Below, piece by piece: positions 15,391-26,800 of a stretch of DNA of 28,098 nt. Each line of letters starts with the position of its first letter. Position 1 is the first letter of the stretch. Source of the DNA: Ancylonema sp. (lineage: Eukaryota); contig JBFLGF010000124.1 in the NCBI GenBank assembly GCA_050230475.1, forward strand, positions 62,001 through 90,098, in the 5' to 3' direction. The notes beneath the pieces are model-generated. The model was not told where the DNA came from. It did not search any database and saw only the letters and a list, made by a program, of their open reading frames with translations. The translations under genes and the position numbers were made by a program.

Positions 15391-16345
15391 CATGGGGTTC
15401 ATATCATAGAGGTGTGTGGAGGGGTAGGATGCCCGAAACCGGTTGAAGCATTGGAAGCAGGTTTACTTGTGTATAAGTACACTTTCATTGATATAGACCC
15501 ACATGTGCATGTTGTTGTGCGAGTGTTCTTCCGCAAACTTCGTCTCCGCTATCCTCATCTTTTGCCTGCTTTTGCCCTACATGGTTTTGATGCACGTCTG
15601 CCACAGGATGTGCGTTTGATCTCTAACCTGCAGTTGGCCAACTTTGTGGCCCGCCATGGCCCTGTCGATATGTTTGGGGCTGGGTTTCCTTGCCAACCGT
15701 TTAGTGGTGCTGGCCCCAACCGTGGCATCCAAGATGCTAGGTTTCAGGTGTTTTTTGAAGTCGCTCGCTTGCTTAAATGGTTTCAGGACAACCAGAATGG
15801 CAGGCCAGTGTTATACTTGCGTAAAAATGTTTGCATTCGTGATGATGCCCCCAAAGTTGTGCGTGATGCGGATGCTTTGATCAGTATAGCGTTTGATGCT
15901 TGTTTGGTAGGAAGACTGTCCCACCGATACCGTCGGTACTCTCTGGACTAACATGATGTCGCCAGCAGCCCTACGTTGTCTCCTTCCTCCTAACCAACCC
16001 CTGACCAACCTCACCACTGTGTTGGAAGAAATCCATACCACAGCGCCTGTGCAGTTCACGGACAGTCCTCCCCATAGGATCGTCAACGTGCTTGGTCAGG
16101 AGCGCCGCGTTCTGCCCACCCTTGTCTCTTTTCCCAATAGTCATGCGTTGCGCCCCTCTGGCAACCGTCCTGGCCCTGGCCAGCTCTACAACCACGAGAC
16201 TCATGGGATGGGCCAACCATAGCCGAGAAGGAGCGGCTAATGGGCTTTGAAACAAATGATATGACGGTGGTCCCACTGTCTCCCTTGCCTCCCGCCACCA
16301 GATGATCGGCCAGGCCATCGACCGGCACGTGCTGCGCTGGTTTGG
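15391..16345 (+). pseudogene. C5 cytosine DNA methyltransferase domain embedded in pol (frameshifted)
   Basis: Motif I-like IIEVCGGVG, motif II FIDIDP, motif III PQDVR, motif IV GAGFPCQPFSGAG (catalytic Cys codon 15691-15693), motif VI KNV (canonical ENV), motif VIII HRYRRY, motif IX KERLMGF (~16227), motif X RHQMIGQAIDRHVLRWF (16293-16343). Confidence 0.9.
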
Positions 16346-16719
16346 CGGCATTCTTTCCTTCCTTCACCCCCGCTAGGGCTCAGACCCCACCCTGGGCCTC
16401 ATGTCTGCACGGCAGGCTCTGAGCGGGGGGGAACTGGGAGCGGGGGGGGGAAGAAGAAGAAGACCGGGACAAACAAACTGCTTTGCGCATAATGGAGTTT
16501 TTCACACTGCACTACAATGCAGACGAGCGAGAATTTTACTATGATGGAGAGGAACGCCTACATCTCCACAAGGCCCACTTGTGCGTGCAAGACTAGATCC
16601 GGTCGTTGCAGCATCAACAGCTGCTGCGAGGAGAGCGCCTTCAAGAACTCCTTCACGATCCGCAGCCACTCATGGCTGCTGCAGGTGAGGATGCTGCGTG
16701 GAAACTGGGGGGGGGACTA

Positions 16720-17160
16720 AATCCTGAAGAAACAGAAGACTCAACCAACTTTTTGGAAAAGCACACGGGTGCCTTTGCCTATTCAATTGCTGATCTGGGG
16801 GGGTTTACTGGACCTGCCATGGAGATTCCTCTCACCACTGACAAACCCATCTTCTCGCATGCTGATAAGCTAGGGAAGACAGAATGGGACTTTGTATAGG
16901 AAAACTGCCAAAAACTGTAGAAGCAGGGGCTCATCAGATTATCTTCTCAGTCCAAATATGCCTTTGCCACTGTGGTGGTGCGGAAGCGGGACGAGTCAGG
17001 CGCTTACATTGACTTACGTCAGTGCGGTGACTATCGTCCCGTGAACCTTTACACTGAGCTGGGCTCGCTAGTCCCTCATTCTGCAGGAATATGATTTCAA
17101 AATCAAGCACACCCCGGGTGTCGCCAACGCTGTTGCAGATTGCTGTAGCAGGTTTCCATT
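16720..17160 (+). pseudogene. pol: N-terminal fragment of Ty3/Gypsy reverse transcriptase joined by a deletion to the C-terminal end of RNase H
   Basis: GLIRLSSQSKYAFATVVVRKRDESGAYIDLRQCGDYRPVN (RT start) jumps at ~17060 to WAR*SLILQEYDFKIKHTPGVANAVADCCSR (RNase H end). No YxDD motif is present. Confidence 0.85.
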
Positions 17161-17564
17161 GCCATCTAGTTATGATGAGTTTAGAGAGAAGAGAGAAGAA
17201 TTGGGGACTATTTGTTATGCTGATGTACAAGTGCAGGATGAGCTGGTGTTAGGCCCTGCTACTTAGCGTTTCACGCAACAACCCTTCCTTGCACCACAGC
17301 TCCCCTGTCTGCAGTCTCTCTCTCCCTAGTTTCCCCCACAGCTGTGCCCGCAGCCGGAGTTTCCCCATCGTCAGACGCTGCCTCTACTCCTGACATTTGG
17401 GCAGACACACCGGTTCTGGAGTTCCTAAAATATCATCGCCATGCCCCGGACTCTACTCCAGCACAGCGCGACAAGGTGTATAGAGGGGCTTTAGGATATC
17501 AGTGGCTGGGGGGGAATGTATATAAGGTGTATCCGGGTGGTATCATGCTTCTCATCCCTCTCAC

Positions 17565-18625
17565 GGGTGCATCGGGAAATGGGACACTTTGGGGTCAACC
17601 GTGTACAGGGTCTCTTGCAGAAAAACTACTACTGGAAGGGCATGGAATCTGATGTCCGTGGCGTGATCGGCAGCTGCAACTCTTGCGCCCGCGTCAAAGC
17701 CGCCATTCGAGATCCTCAACGAGAGCTGCAACCCCTTCCTATTCGCGGCCTCGGGTATCGTTGGGGCGTGGACTTCGCTGGTCCTTTTCCGGTAACCAAA
17801 CGAGGTGTATGTGCTGGTCCTCATCGAGCATTTCACAAAGTGGGTTGAACTGGTGCCATTGCCTGACAAGTCTGTTGCTGGTACTCCATGGGCTTAGGTA
17901 GAGTATGGTCTCACTCGCATGGGTGCTCTTGCTGAAGTAGTAACTGATCAGGGCTCCGAGTTCAGGGGTGAGTTTCAAGATGTGCTAACCCATTTCAAGA
18001 TTATGGCGACCATCGTCTGGCCTCTCACCAGCACCCTCAGGCAGATGGGTTGTCCGAAAGGATGGTCCTAACTATGAAGCAGGGCCTCCGTAAGACGCAG
18101 CTGGAGCGCGCGGCCACGGATTGGGACCTTGTCTTGCCTTATGTTGCTACAGGGTACAAGATGACGCAGCAGAAAGCCCTGGGCTACTCGCCCTACTACA
18201 TCCTCTTTGGGCGTCACCCCATCTTCCCTGCCCGAATCCAAGCGCTGGAGGGTCAATCAATGCCCGGCCTGGATGACCCAGAAGCCGTGCGTTTCTTCAT
18301 CGAGGAACGCTCGCAGATCTTCCAGCAAGTGCTGCCCCTGACCATGCGCAATCTCGCCATCGCCCAGCACCGGGACAAGACGCAGTTTCGCCTAGTCCGT
18401 GGCCCTCCATGGGACAGAGCCAAGGAGGAGGTGGCTTCAGGCGATTTCGTGTTAGTCAAAAGGAAACCTTTGGCGTCTCTAGACGTCCCCACCGACCCTC
18501 ACATCCTTCAGGTGGTGCGAAAGAAGGCCAGTGGAGTGGTGGTGCTTCAAGGACAGGATGGCGCGCGCATAGAGGAGCAGGCTAAAAACGTGCCCCCCTG
18601 CAGCCTATCTGTCATTGACAATTAA
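17565..18625 (+). pseudogene. pol: Retroviral-type DDE integrase (HHCC zinc domain + rve core), frameshifted
   Basis: HREMGHFGVNR...YYWKGM...CNSCAR; RWGVDFAGPF (D); IEHFTKWVELVPL; VVTDQGSEF (D); HPQADGLSERMV (E); WDLVLPYV...GYSPYYILFGRHP. Confidence 0.9.
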
Positions 18626-18802
18626 ATCTACCCGGAGCGGTATTTCCGTAGGGACAATACCTATTGCCGCGAGTGTGGTAGTCGGGAACGCGAGGAATCT
18701 ATGGTGTTGTGTGATCGCTGTCAGCAGGGGTTCCACATATGGTGTCATACACCCCCCCTGCCAGATATCCCGTTGGGCTCTTGGGCTTGCCCGTACCATT
18801 AG
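18626..18802 (+). pseudogene. PHD finger at the integrase C-terminus (same frame, separated by one TAA)
   Basis: CRECGSREREESMVLCDRCQQGFHIWCHTPPLPDIPLGSWACPYH* has PHD C4HC3 spacing with His as the last ligand and the conserved Trp. Confidence 0.88.
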
Positions 18803-18947
18803 TGAGGGAGACTAGTGAGGTGAAGTTGAAGGCATGGACTGTAGGTGAGCAGAGAAAGTTTACTTCTGCAAATTTGCAACCTGTAGTTAAGTTCAGATTC
18901 TGTTTTTCTTGAGTCTAGACTTTGTGACATTTCACTTTCACAAGTCT

Positions 18948-18957
18948 AGAGGGGGGG
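18948..18957 (+). promoter_or_regulatory. Polypurine tract (plus-strand primer)
   Basis: AGAGGGGGGG immediately precedes the first base of repeat B1. Confidence 0.75.
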
Positions 18958-19169
18958 AGTTAAAAACAATTTCAGCACTTGTTGTGCGTGGGTGGTGTGT
19001 TGGGATATACTTGGGGTATTTGGACTTAGGGGCAATAGTATGGGTTAAGGGAACGTGTGTTTATACTTGGGGGTGATTTGGGAGGTACGATTCAAACATT
19101 ATAGCTTGTAGTTTTGTACCATGCAAGACATTGCGTGTGTTGTTGTGAGTATTTGGTAAACGATACGGC
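18958..19169 (+). repeat. Terminal repeat B, copy 1 (~210 bp)
   Basis: AGTTAAAAACAATT...TTTGGTAAACGATACG, near-identical to 19708-19914. Confidence 0.95.
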
Positions 19170-19707
19170 TGTCGTAGTGTATAGGCTCGTGTCGTTGTAA
19201 CGCGTGCCAGGCACCGTTGTATAGGAACGAGTCAGTACATTCAGGCTTTCAGACTTTTGTGTCGTTATAACGGAGTAGAGAGTTCGATACGCCCCAGTAA
19301 GAGTAAGGTGAATGGGAAGCTTCTGCGGATCTTCTTAGGCTTGAGCATGATTGGCGCCCCCGCTTACTTTACTTGACCAATCATTGAGTTCGGGGTTCCA
19401 ATAGCCATTTGAGTGGACGATCGGGATTGGACGATCGGGATTGAACGGCCACTAGTTCATCACCGTTAGTTAGACTTGTGGTCCAGCCGCCACTCTTCGA
19501 GTGGGTTGGTGCTCCACTTTTATACGTCTAGGGTTGACTCTTGTATTCACTTTTCGACAAAATAATTCAATATCTTGTGTACGTGCAAATCGTGTTTTTC
19601 TCTGCGCAATCTGTTATTCTGTCGTAGCTGGAACACCTCTAGACCTGCTTGTGCGCTAGTTACGTTTCGCATTTTCGGCACCCAGAGCTTACCTTGCTTT
19701 GGATAGT
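19170..19707 (+). repeat. Terminal repeat A, copy 2
   Basis: Begins TGTCGTAG and matches 10036-10566. It has a duplicated GGACGATCGGGATT and a short deletion after CGACAA. Confidence 0.95.
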
Positions 19708-19929
19708 AGTTAAAAACAATTCAGCACTTGTTGTGCTCGGGTGGTGTGTTGGGATATACTTGGGGTATATGGACTTAGGGGCAATAGTATGGGTTAAGGG
19801 AATGTGTGTTTACACTGGGGCGATTTGGGAGGTAAGATTCAAACATTATAACTTGTAGTTTTGTACAATGCAAGGCATTGCGTGTGTTGTTGTGAGTATT
19901 TGGTAAACGATACGCTGCTATATACGTCA
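19708..19929 (+). repeat. Terminal repeat B, copy 2, plus a short unique tail ending TACGTCA
   Basis: Matches 18958-19166, then CTGCTATATACGTCA, followed by the TSD GCCCT. Confidence 0.93.
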
Positions 19930-20860
19930 GCCCTACACCAAAGTCGCGACCTTTCACCGTAATGCCTCCCGGTTTGGTGATGCAGGCACCTCGAGATTGG
20001 ATCCAATTGTTGATTGATACAATCGGGCATCCAAAATGCCCCTGCACCCTCAAGAGCAAGTGATGGTTTGCACTACGTTTGTGGTTTGTACTACAAAGTT
20101 TATAGTGTGGTGTGGTCCTCAGCTCATTTATCACATCATCCAAAAAATTGAGCAATATTTAAGCTTTAAAGCAACCGTTTGCAGTCATACATAGAATGTG
20201 ATGGTTGTACCGGATGATAGTGCTTGTTATCACAACGAACGAGATGTCGCAAAACCTAGAGAAAAACAATGATTTCTTTTGCTGTAAAAATGGCGACTCA
20301 AAAGCCATCCCCGTTCATATGAGTCAACATTTACTTTCCGATCTTGTGTTGATCACAATTGGTGACGTTAGATCGACGCCCTTTCATAACTCAAAGAAAA
20401 AGAACAAAATACAATGCCTCTAGACCACACACTTGACCACTAGACCTCTAGACCACCCACTCTGAACATGTGTGCAAGTGTGGTTTTGTGGATCATCCAG
20501 GAGAACGTGGACGATCATCTAATTGTTCTTCGTGAAACCTCCAATGGCAATTGTTTCTCAAACGACATGTGGACAAACGAGGAACATCTTGGCAATCAAG
20601 GTGACCACACATAAGAATGAGATGTATACACACCAAGCATTGCGCACAACGCTTTGCTAGTTACATCTTGCTGGGTCTCTATCAAACCGCCGTCTAATCA
20701 CCGCCACACAACGACAATCACATGCGGGTGTCCTCTTTATTTCTTCCACCAACCACATGGACACCTAGACCACATGGACACCTAAACGGACAATCTCGAA
20801 TCGAACTCGAGCTTGATGGTGACCCACTCACTTGGTCGACAAAGTAACGACAACTTCGTT

Positions 20861-23800
20861 CTATCTCTTGCGCGACCTTCTCCTCACCGAGTCCTGCACA
20901 ACGACACAACGAATGCACATTAGCATGACCGTACATTCACAATATCATGGCTGTACAATCACACCACATTCACTTGTCACCACACGAAGTCTATGGCTTC
21001 CCCCCAGAGTACCATCCTCGCCAATTTCTACTCTGCACAGATATGTAGACTCACGTACGGTGGCATAAAAACAAAAACACATCTTATTCATCGTTCATCG
21101 TTCATCGTTCATCGTTCATCGTTCATTGGTCAAAGTTGATAGATGATTGACAATTGACAATTGATGATTGTTGATCGATGATTCATGGCCCATGATTGAT
21201 GGATGACATCTCACCGTTGGCTCTTTCGTGTCTGGCAGTGCCACCTGTTCCCCCTTTCCAGATGAACCCTCCACCCCCTTCCCACCCTCTCCCTCTCCTT
21301 CCCCCTCCCCCTTGCTCTTCTTCTCTGCTCTACCCCCCTCCACTTCCGCCCCCCTTCCCCTCTTCCTCTCCCCCGCCTCCCCCTCCCCACCCTCCACTTT
21401 GGTCCCCAATTCTGGTGGAACGGGCTGTGGGCTCCAAATATCCCCCCCCCCCCCTGCGCTCTGCTTTGGATCTGGCGTGGCAGGTGTCACCTCCCCACCC
21501 TTCACCTTCACTGGGGTCAAGGACTGCTGTACTGGGGTGACTGGGGTTACTGGGGTGACTGCGGTACTCTTCACCGGGGTCCCCCCCTCCTCTCCCCCCT
21601 CCGTCTGCGCCCTCGTCCTTCTCGTCACCCTCCCCCCCCCCCCGCCCCCCCCATTCGCCACCCCCACCTCCGCAGCTGCACCCTTCTTCCCCTTCCTCTT
21701 CCCCCCCCCCCCTCCCGCCTCCTTTTTGGCCTCACCCTCTACTTGTACTTCTGGTTCTGGTTTTGGTTCCTGGACAGGGACAACCACCTCCTCTGCCTTC
21801 CCCTCGGCCCCCACCGCTGGGGGCTCTTGAGGCTCTTGGGGCTCGATGGGCTCTTCTTGTTTGGACTTCTTGCCCTCACCCCCCTCCTCCTCCTCCTCCT
21901 CTTCCTCCTCTCCCGCCCTCGTCCTCTTCTCCCCCCCCTCCCCTCCCACCCCCGACCCCTGCGTGCCCCCCTGGTCCCCCTGGGGGACAGTGGGAGGGGG
22001 AGGGGGAGTGGTAGTGGCAGTGGGGTTGGGGTTGGGTTTCGGCTTCCCTGTGGCATCCACCTCATCCCACCTCTCTTTCCTGAGGGCCACCTTCTCTTTA
22101 TCCCCGTCCTCGTACGCCACCTGGCAACCACAGCACACAAGGGGTGTTCAGTCACACCTCTGCATCTCGCATGAACTGGGGACTTAACATAAGCAAGAGT
22201 GTCATCCCAAAAAATTAAGGGGGAGAGAAAAATGTAATCATAGTCTCGTATTCGCAACGACGTGCTATTATATCTTTGTCCGCTTTAAAAAAAAAAAAAA
22301 AAAAAAGCAAACCAAGGCCAATGCAATTTGTGTTCTTAGGAAACCATCCAACCTATGGACGACAAAACTGTACGGGCCCCTGCCCAAAAGCCCCTCCCTA
22401 TTCCCAACCACATCCTGGATTGCATCAAAGTGTACCCAAAATTCGTGGACCATGCCAATGGAGAGGTGGGTATTTTCATGACCATTTTCCGACAAGTCAT
22501 GTGTGAAGGTGGTAATCGGGGTGACTCCGCAAGTTTCGGGTCTTAAATCTTTGAGAGTGCACATTCACTCGCAAGATAAGACCTTTGATTGGTGGTTGAT
22601 GCTATGAATAACGATATGATTAACGGTATGAGAAACGCAATGATTGCGTATTTTCTTGTATCATTCGTGCCAAGCACAACCTAAAACCAGCATCGGGAGC
22701 GTAGTGAAACCATGATTTCAAGACTTCGCTATTATAATCATCTCCTTTTATATGTCTTTTTTTTGGCTCCTAGGAACCAAAAATAGATACAAACAAAGTG
22801 GGGCCGGAAAAAATAAACGGGTAGTGACAGGTATTTGACTACATTCCCATTTCTTGTTTTCCTCTCAAGTGGCTTACTACCAATAAGAACAGTGTCTATG
22901 AATAACACATTTGGGTACATTCAGGTTATGCGTGGAAAGTGGACTGGGGACTGGGGACTGGGGGACTACGGACAGAGGGATATGATCCATGATCCATTCT
23001 GATTCCGTCTTACCGTGTGCTTCCCTGTTCTTGGGTTGTAGTCTGTGACCAGTCCTTTGTAGTACTTCTTATCCAGCGGCCACCACACGCGGATGCGCTT
23101 GCCAATCAAATCGGAATTGGCGCCCTTCAGAACAAAGGGAGGGCTCTGCACAGACTCACCCAAACAAAACAAAAAAAAAACAAAAAAAAAAACGTTATTA
23201 ATTCTTGTTTTGAATCTAGTTTTTTGTTTCTTTTGTTATTTTTCCCCTTGTCCCCTCCGGGTCTCTCCTTTCCTATTCTACTGTTGGAAGGACAGAAATA
23301 ACCGGAACCCACCCAGCCTCACTGCGTATCCTATCCTCCCTCCCTCCACTACCAAGTTCCAGTCACTCCACACTGCCCCTCCCCTTCTAACCCTTGCCCC
23401 CCTCTTCCCCCCACCTTCATCTCCTCCTTCACTTTCTTCCCCCCCTCCCTGGGTGTCCCCAAAGACGTCCGCCCTGTCCGCGTACGTATCCCGTCCCCTG
23501 CCTCAGGCGTCCCTGTGAGTGCCAGCTGTGAGTCTATGGCTGCTGACGCACTTGGTGCGCCCTGGGAGCCCTGGGAGCTCTGGAGGGCGGGGAGTTTGGA
23601 GGAGCGGGTGGAGGTGGAGTGGGGGTGGGGGGGGTGGGGAGAGGATGGAGTGGATGTGAGGTGTGTGAAAGAAGGCAACCAGGAGAGAGGGAATATTCCC
23701 TTGGGGCGCTGAGTGTACAGTACCGTGGGAAGTCGGAGACTCTCTGGCAAATCACTTCCATCTGACTGAAACAAAGGAAAACACCCCACCACACCTACCA

Positions 23801-26800
23801 ATGTAAAACTTGTATCCCCTCCCCTCCCCCTCCTCCCTGTGACTCTGACCGTGTTTGTGAGTGGGGGTGACGTTCCTGGGTCTTGAAACAGGGAGGCGGG
23901 CAGCATGATGACTCCAGGGTACTCCCCGGAAACGGTCTTGTTTTTGCACAGTTCCTTGGCCAGGAGGAGACCGATGTCGCAAAGGATGTACAAATTCTGG
24001 AGGGGAAACGAAAGAAAAAAAGAGGCAGAATTCTGAATCCGGTTGTTGTTTTTTGTTATTTTGTTTGTTAGTATTATTACAATGAGAATATAAATCATCA
24101 CCATTTTTTCTATAATACATGAATGTTTGTGCTGTTATTATTATTATTATTATTAATACTATCATTACAATTATTATTATTAATAATATCATTACTATTC
24201 TTGCTATTATTACTATTATTACTATTATTAATATTATTACTATTAATAATATCATAACTATTGTTATTATTGATGTTATCATTACTATTATTGCTATCAT
24301 CACTTGAATGAAGTCTAGGCGTCTGTTGTTGTTGTTGCATGTTATATTCTTTCTCCATCCTCTGGTATTCGTTTGGGGGATTTCCCCTTTCAACAATCTA
24401 CAGACAAAAATATGATTTGCAACTTGAAGAAAAGAAGAAGAAAAAAAAGAAAGTCCCAAAAAAAGAAGTCCCGAATCGAAAGCCCAGTGCACCGCAAGGC
24501 AAGAGAGTGGGGTCAAGATCCCTTCGTCAAGATCCCACCTTCGTTTTGGAGGCATCAATGGCGTCATTCGGCACCAGTTTTATTTTCCGGAACAGCGTGA
24601 GGATGAGAGGCAAATTGTCCACCTCCTCCTTCTTGCCACCATCCGGAATGTCAAGGTGCAGAAGAGCGCGAAGCATGGCACCCAAATTGCTGGAAGAAAA
24701 GCGTTTAACAGGTGAAACCACCCCTCCTCCTTCTCAGTTCAGAGGACACCTTCCTCCCTTACCCCCCCTTGGGTAGACGACACTCAATAACGGGATGAGT
24801 CTTGTAATCAACTGCTGACGCCTTTTGGGATCGTCATCGGGTACTTACTAGAACCAACCAGAACATGTTGAAAATGTACAAATTTACAGAAGTATAGATT
24901 TACTGGGGTAAAAATCTACAAAGGTAAATCTACAGAGGTGCAAATCCCCCATACCCACCTCCCAGTCTTAGTACCAGGGGGGGTCTTCAACCGCCAGTCC
25001 CATTATAAAAATAATAATTAAAAAAAAAAAAAAACAATCCAGCCCCCCCAGGAACCAATCGCGTCCACCCCCCCCCACTCACACTTTGAACGGTTCGTAG
25101 AACTGCGCCCCCTCGTCTTCCTCCGGGAAATCCGGGTGGTGCGCCAACACGTGCACCAGGTAGGGGAGGACGAACTCGGGGTGAAGAAGCACGAGATCGG
25201 AGGGGTCTGCCGCCCCCCCCGCCTGGCGCTGAACGACCTCACGACGGGCGGTGTCCACAAAATCGGCCAAATACTTCCAAGACTGAGAGGGGGGAGGGGG
25301 GAAACACCCTTCTTCTTCACTATCTCCCACTGCTTTGGTACCTCCTCTACCCTCATAACTCCTCTCCTTCAATGTCTTCTCTTCCTTAGAACATCCTCTC
25401 CTTCAACAGTTCCTCTCCCTTCACAACTCCTCTACCTCACTACCTCCTCTCCTTCAATACCTCCTCCCCCCACCTGTGCGCTGTTGTCCTTATCCACATC
25501 CATGGCGTCCATCGCCAGCGCACACGCGTACTTGTGGCTCTAGCTGTGGTCGTGCAGGTAGCGATGCACGGCGCCCACAAACTGCTGCCTGACCTGCAGG
25601 CATGGGTCCTGGGCGGTCATGACCGAAAGGGACAAGAGTTTTGGGTGGGAGGAGGCGATGACGTCCTCGTGGCGACGGGAGAGGTGGAGGAGGCATTTGG
25701 AGGCGGACAGGCGGACGTGGGCGCGATCCACGTCACTGGGGGGAAAGGGAAACCCGACACCCGAAACCCAGAGGAAAAAGGTAAGACGCGATGCGAATTG
25801 GGGACGGGAGTGGGGGAGTGGGGGAGGAGGAGGGAAAGAATGGGGGGGGGGAGGGGGGGATGGGGGCGCGAAGGGGAGGGGGGGAAGGGGGAGAACGAGG
25901 GGGGGAAGTGGGAGGTGGGGAAAGGGGGAAAGGGGGGAAGGGGGGAAGGGGGAAGGGGGAAGGGGGAAGCAAGAAGCGAGAAAAGGGGGCAAATAGAGGG
26001 GAGAAAGGGGGAAGGTAGAAGGCGAGATGCGAATAAAGGGAGTAACTAGAGGAGAGAAAGGGGGAAGCGTGGGGTGTGGTAGGGTCCAAGTGCGTGTCCT
26101 CCTTACGATGCTGTCATTTCCGGCTGGTCTCCCGTGGGCACCAGCTGTTCCATGAGCCTCAGCAGTCCGCTCAGTCTTGGGCGCACTGCCCCCTCCTTGT
26201 GAGGGAGGAAGGGGGAGACGAGGAGTTTGAGTCCCTTGCACTTGAGTTTGCAGGTGGAGGTGGGGTGGTCCCACTCGAACTTCTTTGGGCGACCATCGCC
26301 GCCTGCAGGGGTCGAGTGGGACTGAGGGCACGGAGAGGGGAGGGGGGGGGGGGAGGGATGGGGTGGGGTGGGGTGTGGTGGGGTTAGTGGCGGTATATAC
26401 GTACGAACAACTGTATGGATGTGGGTACTTATATTGTGGAACATTATGTATACACACTCAAACCTCGCTAGAAGAAACTTCGTTAAAAGAAACTCTTCGC
26501 TGTAAGAAACCATTTTTTATTTTTTTAAAAGGTTTTTACACTCAAAATGTGATATGTATGTAAGAAACATTCGCTGTAAGAAAACATTCGCTACAACTTT
26601 TTAGGTTTCTTTTATCGAGGTTTGAGTGTACATATGTACAAGTTTATGTGTATATATGTCTCTGTACATACAAACATACGGGAAAAGAACAAACACACAT
26701 ACGAGCTTCACACACATACATACATACATACATACATACATGCTTCCATACATACAGGCCTACATACGACATGCATAGCCATGAATGTGTAGATAACCCC

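Larger units (their letters stand above)
10036..19929 (+). mobile_element. Decayed Ty3/Gypsy-like retrotransposon carrying a C5 DNA methyltransferase and a PHD finger, with split direct repeats A1-internal-B1-A2-B2
   Basis: TSD GCCCT at 10031-10035 and 19930-19934. Termini are (C/T)GTCGTA ... TACGTCA. Domain order is Gag-PR-DNMT-RT-RH-INT-PHD, with two long direct-repeat pairs, a PBS-like sequence and a PPT. Confidence 0.92.

Noticed and set aside
19170..19929. Reading A2+B2 as an ordinary 3' LTR (TG...CA) of a canonical element
   Set aside because: It has no PPT in front (B1 precedes it), and the 5' copy lacks B. The PBS-like site and PPT flank the A|B boundary instead.
10036..19929. Classification as a DIRS/Ngaro tyrosine-recombinase element
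   Set aside because: No R-H-R-Y recombinase motifs were seen; a protease, a DDE integrase and a TSD are present.
19935..20800. ORF 19775-20155 (-) as a gene disrupted by the insertion
   Set aside because: Joining across the TSD adds only ~10 codons before a stop, and no motif is recognised.
21196..22257. Pro-rich extensin-like and Arg-rich ORFs
   Set aside because: Antisense or alternative frames of the G-rich PDS5 exon.
23752..24567. 271-aa Ile-rich 'membrane protein' ORF and overlapping poly-Asn ORFs
   Set aside because: Artefacts of the intronic (TAT)n microsatellite.
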